Of a stretch of DNA of 64,000 nucleotides, positions 1 to 8,874 are shown one piece after another; position 1 is the first letter of the stretch, and every line of letters starts with the position of its first letter. The notes beneath the pieces were generated by a model. That model did not search any database and was not told where the DNA came from. It saw only the letters and a list, made by a program, of their open reading frames with translations. The translations under genes were made by a program, and so were the position numbers. The DNA is from Eubacteriales bacterium (lineage in GTDB: Bacteria > Bacillota > Clostridia > Oscillospirales > CAG-272). The stretch is from positions 2,067-66,066 of the forward strand of contig JAZORT010000039.1 of the NCBI GenBank assembly GCA_045656745.1. The letters are read 5' to 3'.

Positions 1-1
1 G

Positions 2-1288
2 TCTGAGTTCCATCAGACGGTTAAAGAGGTTCTCGAGTCCATCGAGCCCGTTCTGGAGGCGCGCCCCGACTACATTGAAAGCGGCGTTGTTGAGAGAATG
101 GTTGAGCCTGAGCGTATCATCAAGTTCCGCGTTCCGTGGGTAGACGATAACGGCAAGGTTCAGGTAAACCGCGGCTTCCGTATTCAGTTTAACAGCGCGA
201 TCGGTCCTTACAAGGGCGGTATTCGCTTCCATCCTTCGGTAAACGAGAGCATTATCAAGTTCCTTGGCTTCGAGCAGACCTTCAAGAATTCCCTCACCTC
301 GCTTCCTATGGGCGGCGGTAAGGGCGGCGCTGACTTCGATCCTCAGGGCAAGTCCGACATGGAGGTTATGCGCTTCTGCCAGAGCTTCATGACCGAGCTT
401 CAGAAGTACATCGGTGCAGACACCGACGTTCCCGCCGGTGATATTGGTGTTGGTGCGCGTGAGGTTGGTTATATGTTCGGTCAGTACAAGCGCCTTCGTG
501 ACGAGTTTACCGGCGTTCTGACCGGTAAGGGAATTCCTTACGGCGGATCTCTCATCCGTCCCGAGGCTACCGGCTTCGGTGCCGTTTATTACACCTGCGA
601 GATGCTGAAGTACTTCGGTGACGATATCAAGGGCAAGACCGTTGTTGTTTCCGGCTTCGGTAATGTTGCTTGGGGTACTTGTAAAAAGGTTGCGGAGCTT
701 GGCGGTAAGGTTGTTGTTATCTCCGGTCCCGACGGCTACGTTTACGACGAAGAGGGTGTTGTTACTCCCGAAAAGATTAACTATATGCTCGAGATGCGTG
801 CTTCCTGCCGTAACAGAGTTGAGGACTATGCTGAGAAGTTCGGCGTTCCCTTCTTCAAGGGCGAAAAGCCTTGGGGCGTTAAGGCAGACATTCTTATGCC
901 TTGTGCAACTCAGAACGAGGTTCGCGAGGCTGACGCTGCAAAGATTATTGCAAACGGCGTGAAGTACTATGTTGAGGTTTCTAATATGCCCACCACCAAC
1001 GAGGCGGTTGCTATGCTTAAGGAAGCAGGCGTTATCGTTGCTCCTTCTAAGGCTGTTAACGCAGGCGGTGTTGCTACCTCAGGTCTCGAAATGAGCCAGA
1101 ACTCTATGCGTTACTCCTGGACCGCTGAAGAGGTTGACGAAAAGCTCAAGATGATTATGAAGAACATCTTCGACGCTTCCGTTGCGGCAGCTAACAAGTA
1201 CGGTCTTGGCGATGATCTCGTTGCCGGTGCAAACATTGCAGGATTTATAAAGGTTGCCGACGCAATGATGGCACAAGGCGTTTGCTAA
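2..1288 (+). CDS. gdhA: NADP-specific glutamate dehydrogenase (5'-truncated by window edge)
   Basis: Frame is open from base 2 (SEFHQTVKEVLESIEP...). Motifs GPYKGGIRFHPSV, GGGKGG, DVPAGDIGVG, RPEATGFG. Confidence 0.97.
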   Translation, partial: SEFHQTVKEVLESIEPVLEARPDYIESGVVERMVEPERIIKFRVPWVDDNGKVQVNRGFRIQFNSAIGPYKGGIRFHPSVNESIIKFLGFEQTFKNSLTSLPMGGGKGGADFDPQGKSDMEVMRFCQSFMTELQKYIGADTDVPAGDIGVGAREVGYMFGQYKRLRDEFTGVLTGKGIPYGGSLIRPEATGFGAVYYTCEMLKYFGDDIKGKTVVVSGFGNVAWGTCKKVAELGGKVVVISGPDGYVYDEEGVVTPEKINYMLEMRASCRNRVEDYAEKFGVPFFKGEKPWGVKADILMPCATQNEVREADAAKIIANGVKYYVEVSNMPTTNEAVAMLKEAGVIVAPSKAVNAGGVATSGLEMSQNSMRYSWTAEEVDEKLKMIMKNIFDASVAAANKYGLGDDLVAGANIAGFIKVADAMMAQGVC

Positions 1289-1311
1289 TTTTTAATATGT
1301 AATTTTTGGTT

Positions 1312-1374
1312 AAAATCCTCGATTCATTCCTCGACGTATTCGTATACGCCTTCGGAACGTAATCGGGGATTTTT
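1312..1374 (+). terminator. Nested hairpin after gdhA (terminator / REP-like element)
   Basis: AAAATCCTCGATT (1312-1324) pairs with AATCGGGGATTTT (1361-1373); inner stems TTCC/GGAA and CGTAT/ATACG. Confidence 0.6.
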
Positions 1375-1490
1375 CCTCAAAAATTCCTATCTTAAAAATC
1401 AGCAAAAATACTTCGAGTATTGTTTCGCATTTGTTGAGTATGGGGGATGTTACTTTTTTGAAAAAAAGTAACGCAAAAAACTTTAATATG

Positions 1491-1544
1491 GTGTACTTTT
1501 TATGGTACACAAAGATTGACAATATTCTGTTTTTGTGCTAAAAT
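1491..1544 (+). promoter_or_regulatory. SigA promoter with upstream inverted repeat for the WYL-HAD operon
   Basis: TTGACA 1516-1521, 17-nt spacer, TGn-TAAAAT 1539-1544; GTGTAC-N8-GTACAC at 1491-1510. Confidence 0.7.
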
Positions 1545-1572
1545 AAAAGAAAACTAAGTTTCGGAGGAAAAA

Positions 1573-2565
1573 ATGGCAAGGTCGGAAAAACAAAAGCAAA
1601 AGCTTTTCAGACTCCTTGAGATACTGATGCGCGAGAGTGACGAGAGCCACGGGCTTTCAATGCCCGAGATAATTTCCGCCCTTTCGGAATACGGCATTAC
1701 CGCCGAGCGTAAAAGCATATACGATGATATAATAACCCTCGGCGAGCTGGGATTTGACATAATTACTCTGCCCACAAGACCGCCGAAATATTCTCTTGCA
1801 AGCCGTCCTTTTGAAATTTCTGAGCTAAAAATGCTTGCGGACGCGGTTGCTTCTTCAAAATTTATCACTACCGAAAAAAGCCGCGAGCTTATTGACAAGC
1901 TCCGTACCTTTGCGGGAAAATACCGCGCAGGTGAGCTTTCCCGTCAGGTCTATGTTGAGGACAGAGTAAAGACGATGAACGACTTTTCGGTAGAAAATAT
2001 CGAGCTTGTTAACCGCGCTATAAACGAGAATAAAAAAATCAACTTCCGTTATTTTGATTACGGGGTAAACAAAGCGCGTATCTTCCGTCACGACGGCTTA
2101 AAATACCTTGCAACTCCTCTTTCTCTTATAAGAAATGATGAAAATTATTACCTCGTTGCCTTTGACGAGAGGGAAGGGGTAAACAAGAATTTCCGTATTG
2201 ATAAAATGTCGGATGTTACCCTGACCGACGAGCCGAGAAACAAAGCCTGCCTTGAGTCCAGGTTTAACCCCGCGGAATATTCCAATAAGGTGTTTGGAAT
2301 GTATGGAGGCAGGGAGGAGCTTGTCACCCTTGAATGCCGCGAGAGGCTCTCGGGCGTTATTATCGACCGCTTCGGACGGGAAAACAGCTTTATAAAGACC
2401 GAATTCGGCTTCCGCGTCAGCCTTAGAGTGATGATAAGCCCTAACTTTTTCGCTTGGGTCTTAGGCTTTGGCAAGGATATGCGTATAATTGCGCCCGAGG
2501 CGGTGAGAGCAGAAATGCTTTTAAGACTTCGTGACACAATGGAGATTTATAATGAAAAAATATAA
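1573..2565 (+). CDS. WYL-domain transcriptional regulator (wHTH-WYL-WCX)
   Basis: N-terminal HTH (AERKSIYDDI), WYL-like core (ENYYLVAFD...NFRIDKM), C-terminal FFAWVLGFG...IIAPEAVR; GGAGG RBS. Confidence 0.88.
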   Translation: MARSEKQKQKLFRLLEILMRESDESHGLSMPEIISALSEYGITAERKSIYDDIITLGELGFDIITLPTRPPKYSLASRPFEISELKMLADAVASSKFITTEKSRELIDKLRTFAGKYRAGELSRQVYVEDRVKTMNDFSVENIELVNRAINENKKINFRYFDYGVNKARIFRHDGLKYLATPLSLIRNDENYYLVAFDEREGVNKNFRIDKMSDVTLTDEPRNKACLESRFNPAEYSNKVFGMYGGREELVTLECRERLSGVIIDRFGRENSFIKTEFGFRVSLRVMISPNFFAWVLGFGKDMRIIAPEAVRAEMLLRLRDTMEIYNEKI

Positions 2566-3199
2566 GGTGATTGCTTTCGACCTTGACGGCACTCTCTCAA
2601 ACCCCGAGCGCGGACAGCTTACGGGCTTTGAATACGCTTTTAAAAAGCACGGAATAAGCTATCCCTCAAGAGAGTGGCTGAAAAGGTATATCGGACCGCC
2701 GATACACGACTTTTGGCAAAAGGATTTTGGACTTACTCTTGATAAGGTTATAGAAATGATAGAAACTTACAGAGAGTATTACAATGTTTACGGCTGGCGT
2801 GAAAACGACCTTTATGAGGGAGTTCACGAAACGCTCGCTGCTCTAAAGGAAAAAGGCTACACCCTTGTCGTTGCAACGGGAAAGCCCGAGGGAGTTGCCA
2901 ACAAAATACTCCGCCTCTTCGGCCTTACAAAATACTTCGCCTTTATCGGCGGAGCAACAGAGGACGACTCAAGGCACAGAAAAGCCGATATTTTAAAATT
3001 TGTCTTAGACAATATCGGCGCAAAGGCAGACGAAACCGTCCTCGTTGGCGACCGCAAGTTTGACGCAGAGGGCGCAAATGCCCTTGGAGCAGACTCTATC
3101 GGCGTTACCTGGGGTCACGGCTCTCTTTCCGAGCTTGAAGAAGCATCCTTCAGCTATATCGTAAGCTCCCCCGACGAGCTTTTGAAGCTTTTTATGTGA
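2552..3199 (+). CDS. HAD-superfamily hydrolase (phosphoglycolate phosphatase / nucleotidase-like)
   Basis: FDLDGTL, VATGKP, LVGDRKFD motifs. ATG 2552 follows GGAG and overlaps the end of the WYL gene. Confidence 0.88.
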   Translation: MKKYKVIAFDLDGTLSNPERGQLTGFEYAFKKHGISYPSREWLKRYIGPPIHDFWQKDFGLTLDKVIEMIETYREYYNVYGWRENDLYEGVHETLAALKEKGYTLVVATGKPEGVANKILRLFGLTKYFAFIGGATEDDSRHRKADILKFVLDNIGAKADETVLVGDRKFDAEGANALGADSIGVTWGHGSLSELEEASFSYIVSSPDELLKLFM

Positions 3200-3207
3200 A
3201 TAACAAA

Positions 3208-3253
3208 ACCCGAAAATCCTTTCTTTCGATCGAGATTTTCGGGTGTTTTTTTT
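3208..3253. terminator. Intrinsic terminator between the convergent HAD and fbp genes
   Basis: ACCCGAAAATC ... GATTTTCGGGT followed by a T-run. Confidence 0.7.
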
Positions 3254-3288
3254 GTTAATAAGTCCTATCGCAGCAAAGCCTTTAAAAA

Positions 3289-5208
3289 TCAGCTCAAATC
3301 GCCGTTTTTGTACGCCTCGCGAAGGAGCATAAGGTCGGTAATTTTGTCGATAATTTCCTTGCCCTCGTCGGTTTCAATACGCTTTATTCGGCTTTTTCTT
3401 ACCTCAAAAACTGCCGTATCGTGCATTATGTCGGCATTGTTTTTTATTGCGTCCTCCTTGCCCGAGAACGGTGCGTGGGCAGAAATTCGCATACCTTCGG
3501 AGTTGTAAATGAGGGTATATCCCGCAATTCCCGTCTTGCCGAGAAAGGCGTGACAAAAGCCGCCGTCGATAAGAATGAGCTTACCGCCCGCCTTTATGGG
3601 ACTTTGTCCCTTTTCAACGGGAATGTGGCCGTTTATAATATGGGACATCGAGCCTCCGACACCGAATTCAACAAGAATTTTTTCGGCAAGAGCAGGGTTG
3701 TCCCAGGTTTTGTAATAGGCGTTTCTCGGCTCCTTGTGAGTGGCGGGATCGTTAATCAAAAGGCGCTCAAAGGTGGCAATGCACTCTCTTCCCGCAAGGG
3801 GTGAGTTTCTTCCGCACCACAAAAACCACATAAAGTCAAGAGCGCGTCTGCTTTTTACAAAATACGCCTCTCTTGCCATTTTGTCGCAGTAGTCCATAAG
3901 AGCCTTACCGCACCTGCCCTCTGCTGCGGGCAAGGGGAGAAATTCGCCGTCCTCGTCCATTGGCACAGAGCCGTGAAGAATAAGGTTGCGGTTGTAAACT
4001 GTGTACATACTGCCAACCTTGTACAAAAAGCCGATGTGCCTTTGGAGCTTTTCGGAGCTTTGGAATGCCTTCTTTAAATATGCGGTAACATCCTCCTCCC
4101 GCTTCGAGAGGGAATATGGGTTTTCCTTATCAAGTGTTGGGAAATCTGTGTCAACAAGAGGGTATCTTACCCCATCAATAACGACCTCTCCGTTATCGAT
4201 CTTGTCAAGAAGAAGCCTCTTTGCCATACCGAAATCGGGATTTCGCAAAATAAGCTGACCCTCGAGCTTAAAGCAGAGTATAGCGGCAGCCTTTCTCATT
4301 GCGGCAAGCAGGGGCGCATCGTCACCCAAAATAGCAATACCGCCCTCGTCACCCTTCGGCATATACGCCGTAAGGTCGGTGTTAAGGTAAACCTCTCTTG
4401 CAAAATCGGCAAGAGGACGGAGCGAAATTCCGTAGCCAACCTCAATAAAATCAAGGTTTTTATAGGTTAGAGAGTTAAAGAGCGCGCCGAAAATACAAAC
4501 CTCCGAGCCTGCCGAAGCACCCATCCAAAGGGCGTCGTGGTTGCCCCATTGAATATCAACGGCGTTTTCGCCCGCAAGCTCGTCAAGAATTTTGTCGGGT
4601 CTTGCTCCTCGGTCAAAAATGTCGCCGACAATATGGACTCTGTCTACCGCAAGGCACTTTATAGCGGTAGAAAGTGCTTTTATCAGCTCCTTTGCAACGC
4701 CGATTCTTATCACCGTTTTAATGCAGTTTGGAATCATTTCCTCTCTGCCGTAGCCGTTGCCGGGATAAAGCATCTCGTATATAACTCCGGCAAACTCGCC
4801 TGCCGAAGCCATTCTCTTTAACACCTTTTTGCGGGTGTATTTTGCGCTGACAGACTTTAAAAGCTCGGTGAGCGAGAGTATGATCCTCTCCTGCTTTGCC
4901 TCATCAAGAGTAAGGTTGCCAAGCTTTTCGTCAGGGTAATATACAATAGAGCAAAGCTCGTCAATCTCTTCCTTTGACATCCCGTCTTCGAAAAGACGCT
5001 CAAGCTTTCGCCGGATAACTCCCGAGGCAGAGCGCCGAATATGCGAAAAGGCCTCGTATTCTCCGTGAAGGTCGCTTAAAAAGTGCTCTGTGCCCTTAGG
5101 CAGATAAAGCTCGGTGCCGAGTGAAACAATCTCTGCCGAGACCGCCTCTGCGTTAGGATAATCTCCCTTTATCGCCTTTAAAAATTTAATTTCGTGTTCC
5201 TGCAACAT
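3289..5208 (-). CDS. fbp: Fructose-1,6-bisphosphatase class III (Firmicutes type)
   Basis: LPKGTEHFLSDLHGEYEAF, HIVGDIFDRG, DIQWGNHD, HIINGHIPV, IDGGF. Start placed at ATG 5208, which has a GGAG RBS. Confidence 0.93.
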   Translation of the reverse strand: MLQEHEIKFLKAIKGDYPNAEAVSAEIVSLGTELYLPKGTEHFLSDLHGEYEAFSHIRRSASGVIRRKLERLFEDGMSKEEIDELCSIVYYPDEKLGNLTLDEAKQERIILSLTELLKSVSAKYTRKKVLKRMASAGEFAGVIYEMLYPGNGYGREEMIPNCIKTVIRIGVAKELIKALSTAIKCLAVDRVHIVGDIFDRGARPDKILDELAGENAVDIQWGNHDALWMGASAGSEVCIFGALFNSLTYKNLDFIEVGYGISLRPLADFAREVYLNTDLTAYMPKGDEGGIAILGDDAPLLAAMRKAAAILCFKLEGQLILRNPDFGMAKRLLLDKIDNGEVVIDGVRYPLVDTDFPTLDKENPYSLSKREEDVTAYLKKAFQSSEKLQRHIGFLYKVGSMYTVYNRNLILHGSVPMDEDGEFLPLPAAEGRCGKALMDYCDKMAREAYFVKSRRALDFMWFLWCGRNSPLAGRECIATFERLLINDPATHKEPRNAYYKTWDNPALAEKILVEFGVGGSMSHIINGHIPVEKGQSPIKAGGKLILIDGGFCHAFLGKTGIAGYTLIYNSEGMRISAHAPFSGKEDAIKNNADIMHDTAVFEVRKSRIKRIETDEGKEIIDKITDLMLLREAYKNGDLS

Positions 5209-5337
5209 AAAAATCTCCAATAAATTCGGCAAATTCCCGAATTATGACAATCTCCGTTATACAAAGGACGTATTTACCTTAAATTATAACGGAGAAATCT
5301 TTTTTGTTAGCTTTTTTATGAAAATTACTTTGTTTTA

Positions 5338-5808
5338 TTATACAATATAAGCCTTTTTAATTCTTACTGCAATCTTGGGACGGTCGTTGTAATCGGTGGG
5401 GATAGAAGCAATTTCGTCAACCGCCTCAATGCCCGATACAACCTTGCCGAAAGCCGCATACTGACCGTCGAGGTGAGGCGCATCAGCGTGCATAATAAAG
5501 AATTGAGAGGATGCGGAGTTAGGGTCGAAAGCTCTTGCCATAGAGATAACACCGCGGGTGTGCTTTAAGGTGTTGTTTACGCCGTTTGCTCTAAACTCGC
5601 CCTTAATATTCTCTTTTGCACCGCCCATTCCGTTGCCGAGAGGGTCACCGCCCTGAATCATAAAGCCGGGAATAACTCTGTGGAATGTAAGTCCGTCATA
5701 AAAGCCCTCGCCCACAAGCTTTTCAAAATTCTTTACGGTTATGGGAGCAACATCGGGGTAAAGCTCGATCTCTATCTTTTGACCGTTTTCCATTTCGATA
5801 ACTACCAT
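5338..5808 (-). CDS. ppiB: Cyclophilin-type peptidyl-prolyl cis-trans isomerase
   Basis: FYDGLTFHRVIPGFMIQGGDP, SMARA, SQFFI, HLDGQYAAFG. Confidence 0.95.
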   Translation of the reverse strand: MVVIEMENGQKIEIELYPDVAPITVKNFEKLVGEGFYDGLTFHRVIPGFMIQGGDPLGNGMGGAKENIKGEFRANGVNNTLKHTRGVISMARAFDPNSASSQFFIMHADAPHLDGQYAAFGKVVSGIEAVDEIASIPTDYNDRPKIAVRIKKAYIV

Positions 5809-5890
5809 TTTAAAAAAATCTCCTTATATATTGTTATAATTTATTGCTTTGTGATTATACTTATTTTAGAATAAAATTTTTGGGGGATAT

Positions 5891-6940
5891 ATGAAAAGAG
5901 AGCGCGCCGAATATGTTTTAATAGTGATGTTAGCCCTCATTTGCGCGGGGGTGCTTCTCTTCGTTTCTATGAAATACGCCCTGCCGATGCTCTCGCCCTT
6001 TCTTATCGCCTGGGGAGCTGCCTTTGCGGTAAGAGCCCCCGCCGAGTTTCTTTCAAGAAAAACGCACATCTCCCCGAGAGTTATCCGCCCCGCACTCGCG
6101 GTAATTTTGGTGCTTTTGGCGCTTGGGGTATTCGTGCTTCTCGGCTTTTGGGTCGCAGACTTTATCAGCCGATTTTTAGAGGATATTACCGAGGGCGGAA
6201 AGCTTCGCGTATTTCTTGCGGGCTTTGCCGAGCCTGCTCTTCCAATACTCGGCAACCAAATGCCAAAGGAAATTGCCGAGGCGGTGAGCGAGGGAATAAG
6301 AGCCTTGCTCTCCTCGCTTCTTGAAAGGCTCGGAGGAATTCTGACCTCTATTGTCAGCTTCCTGCCAAAGGCGCTTTTCTTTATCTTAATAACCCTGATT
6401 TCTCTTATCTATTTTTCGATAGACCTTGAGCGTATAAACGAAAAAACAAAATCGTTTTTGCCTGGGAAATGGATACAGACTATCTCTGCTCTAAAGAGCA
6501 AAACATTCGGTGCAATCGGCAAATATGTCAAGTCTTATTTACAAATAATGCTAATTACCTTCTTTATAATGCTTGTCGGCTTCTTAATTTTAAGGGTAAA
6601 AGACGCTCTTGTTGTTGCGCTGATTGTAGCAGGACTTGACCTTTTGCCCGTCCTTGGGGTCGGGGTAGTGATGATACCCTGGAGCATTTTCGCCTTTGCA
6701 ACGTCAGACACTAAAACGGGCGTGGGGCTCGTTGTCATCTTCGTTGTATATACCGTTGTGCGCGAGCTTCTCGAGCCGAAAATTCTAGGCAAAAGCCTTA
6801 ATATTCACCCTATCGTAACGCTGATAAGTCTATACCTCGGCTACGGACTTTTTGGCATTTTCGGGCTTGTAACATTCCCGATTTTAGCCGTGCTTATAGC
6901 TCCCTTATTTAAGAAAGACAAGTCCTCCGAGGTCGGCTAA
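5891..6940 (+). CDS. ytvI: Sporulation integral membrane protein YtvI (AI-2E family)
   Basis: Multiple TM segments; DLLPVLGVG..IPW and RELLEPKILGKSLNIHPIVTL motifs. Confidence 0.85.
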   Translation: MKRERAEYVLIVMLALICAGVLLFVSMKYALPMLSPFLIAWGAAFAVRAPAEFLSRKTHISPRVIRPALAVILVLLALGVFVLLGFWVADFISRFLEDITEGGKLRVFLAGFAEPALPILGNQMPKEIAEAVSEGIRALLSSLLERLGGILTSIVSFLPKALFFILITLISLIYFSIDLERINEKTKSFLPGKWIQTISALKSKTFGAIGKYVKSYLQIMLITFFIMLVGFLILRVKDALVVALIVAGLDLLPVLGVGVVMIPWSIFAFATSDTKTGVGLVVIFVVYTVVRELLEPKILGKSLNIHPIVTLISLYLGYGLFGIFGLVTFPILAVLIAPLFKKDKSSEVG

Positions 6941-7621
6941 GCCCTCCTCCGAGAGCGAGTGGGGAATATAGCCCATATCTCTTATTGCTTTTTCAATTTC
7001 GGCGCCGTTTTTGTGAAGTCTTAAATTTCCGAGAAAATAAACCTTGTTGCCGAAAACGCCCGACGCACCGCCGATAAAGCCGTACTCGTGAGGGGGCAGG
7101 GCAATATTGCCGTTTTCGATAAGCAGGGTGTTTATCCCCTCGTTTGAAATCGCCTTTTCGAGTCCGCTGTCGGATGTAACCGCAAGGCTCTCCCCAACAG
7201 ATAAACAAACGCACCCCGGGTAGCCTTGGTTTGTGTTTACAATTTTAAACCCCTTTGCTTTTACAAAGTCCAAAATAGCGGGCGAAATGCTCTTTTCTCT
7301 CAAAAAAACGCTCTTTCCGATGACCTTTGCGTTCATCTTGCAATCCTCGGGATATTTTGCCGAGAGAGTGTCAGAGGTAAAACGGAGCTTTATATTCGGG
7401 TGATATTCTCTTATATCGCTGAAAACGAAGGGGGCTGTGTCGCAATACTCGCAAGGAGTAAAAAGCTCGCCCTCGCAGAAAAAGACAAGGCTGTCAGGGT
7501 GGGATGCGATAGCTTCGCCAAGACCCTTGTGGGCGGGGAGCTTTATAACATTAAATCCCTCTTTCATAAGACCCCTCTCACAAAGGGGACTTATCCTTTC
7601 ATCAACCAAAACACTTATCAT
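6905..7621 (-). CDS. Conserved clostridial protein, DUF6873-like (predicted GME/amidinotransferase fold)
   Basis: Motifs IASHPD, QGYPGC, YGFIGGASG and C-terminal DLGG; family recognised from memory only. Confidence 0.65.
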   Translation of the reverse strand: MISVLVDERISPLCERGLMKEGFNVIKLPAHKGLGEAIASHPDSLVFFCEGELFTPCEYCDTAPFVFSDIREYHPNIKLRFTSDTLSAKYPEDCKMNAKVIGKSVFLREKSISPAILDFVKAKGFKIVNTNQGYPGCVCLSVGESLAVTSDSGLEKAISNEGINTLLIENGNIALPPHEYGFIGGASGVFGNKVYFLGNLRLHKNGAEIEKAIRDMGYIPHSLSEEGLADLGGLVFLK

Positions 7622-7635
7622 AAATGCTTAAATAA

Positions 7636-7669
7636 TCAAAAAACTCTGCCTCATCAGCAGAGTTTTTGA
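7636..7669 (-). terminator. Terminator hairpin after rpmB
   Basis: TCAAAAAACTCTGC / GCAGAGTTTTTGA inverted repeat. Confidence 0.6.
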
Positions 7670-7673
7670 CACC

Positions 7674-7859
7674 TTAGATACGCTCAACCTTACCGGAGCG
7701 AAGGCAACGGGAGCAAACATAAACGGTAGTGTTAGCGCCGTTAACTTTAGCTTTAACTCTACGAATGTTGGGCTTCCAGGTTCTGTTGGTCTTGCGGTTG
7801 GAGTGAGAAACGTTATGTCCAAAGGTAACGCCCTTACCGCAGATACTGCACTTAACCAT
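7674..7859 (-). CDS. rpmB: 50S ribosomal protein L28 (Zn-ribbon form)
   Basis: CSICGK...GHNVSHSNRKTNRTWKPN...CSRCLRSG; GGAGGTG RBS. Confidence 0.97.
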   Translation of the reverse strand: MVKCSICGKGVTFGHNVSHSNRKTNRTWKPNIRRVKAKVNGANTTVYVCSRCLRSGKVERI

Positions 7860-8004
7860 TTTAACACCTCCAAAAATCCCGCTCTGACGAGCGTAATTTT
7901 ATATAAATTTATTTGATTACACAAATCAGCGAGGACTATTATATCATATTGAATAGAAAAAAGCAAGTAGTTTTTGAAAAAAAGTGAAAAAAATTGTAAT
8001 AATT

Positions 8005-8766
8005 TTATTTTTGGTTAAGATGCATACGATAATAGGCTTTTCGATAGCTCGAGGGCGAGACTCCCTCGTGGTAGGTGAAGAATTTTAACATATACTTATA
8101 TTCCTCAAAACCGTACTTCGAGGATATTTCCGCAAGAGTTGCCTCGGTCATAAGCAGGTCGCACTTTATGGACTCCAGCCTTACCGAGTCGATATATTTT
8201 TTTAAGCCCACGCCGAGCTTTGTTTTAAAGAGACGGTTTAAATAATCTTCATTATAATTATATCTCTCGGCAATATCCGAAGCCTTCATAGGGCTTTCGC
8301 GGTTTACGCGAATGTATTCCTTGATTTCGCTGATAAGCTTTCCGTCCCCGTCAGCCTTTCCGTGGGTAATCTCGGCAAGGAGCACCTTTATCAGCGAGTC
8401 GGCGCATTCCTTTGGGTACTCCTTTTGCTCGGAGTAGTGAAGAAGCTCCTTTGTAAGAGTCTTAACTCTCTCCAGATTTTTAGGCACAGAGAGCCTGCTC
8501 GGTAGCTCGCATTCCTCCGCTCCTATAAAGTGAAGCCAGAAAAACGAAAGATTTTCGCCCTCCTCATATCCGCCGTGGCGCTCCCCCGGGAGTATTCGCA
8601 AAACCTCGCCCGGCTTTAAGCAGTATTTTTCGTCCTCGATAAACATTTTTACCTGACCCGAAAGAACAATTATAAGCTCGGTGGAGTCGATAGTCCTTGT
8701 AATATGCTTCCACGAGCCCTTGGAAACAAACTTTCCGCCTCTCAAAAAGGTTAGGTTTTCGTACAT
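8005..8766 (-). CDS. AraC-family transcriptional regulator (cupin + HTH)
   Basis: Cupin-like N-terminus (ILPGERHGG, FFWLHF); C-terminal YLNRLFK...GVSPSSYR. Divergent from the GH127 gene. Confidence 0.9.
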   Translation of the reverse strand: MYENLTFLRGGKFVSKGSWKHITRTIDSTELIIVLSGQVKMFIEDEKYCLKPGEVLRILPGERHGGYEEGENLSFFWLHFIGAEECELPSRLSVPKNLERVKTLTKELLHYSEQKEYPKECADSLIKVLLAEITHGKADGDGKLISEIKEYIRVNRESPMKASDIAERYNYNEDYLNRLFKTKLGVGLKKYIDSVRLESIKCDLLMTEATLAEISSKYGFEEYKYMLKFFTYHEGVSPSSYRKAYYRMHLNQK

Positions 8767-8801
8767 AGTCGGATTTTTACTCCTTTTTTCGCTTTTTGGG
8801 G

Positions 8802-8858
8802 TTGCTTTATAGGATATATATTTGCTATAATTATAGCATAGAAACTATAAAATGTCAA
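8802..8858. promoter_or_regulatory. Overlapping divergent SigA promoters for araC and GH127
   Basis: Plus: TTGCTT 8802-8807, N18, TATAAT 8826-8831. Minus: TTGACA 8858-8853, N17, TATAAT 8835-8830. Confidence 0.65.
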
Positions 8859-8874
8859 CGGGAAGGGCTTTAAA

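Noticed and set aside
1573..3199. Anti-phage defence island flagged by the WYL gene
   Set aside because: Neighbours are housekeeping genes; no nuclease, methylase, toxin or mobility genes are present.
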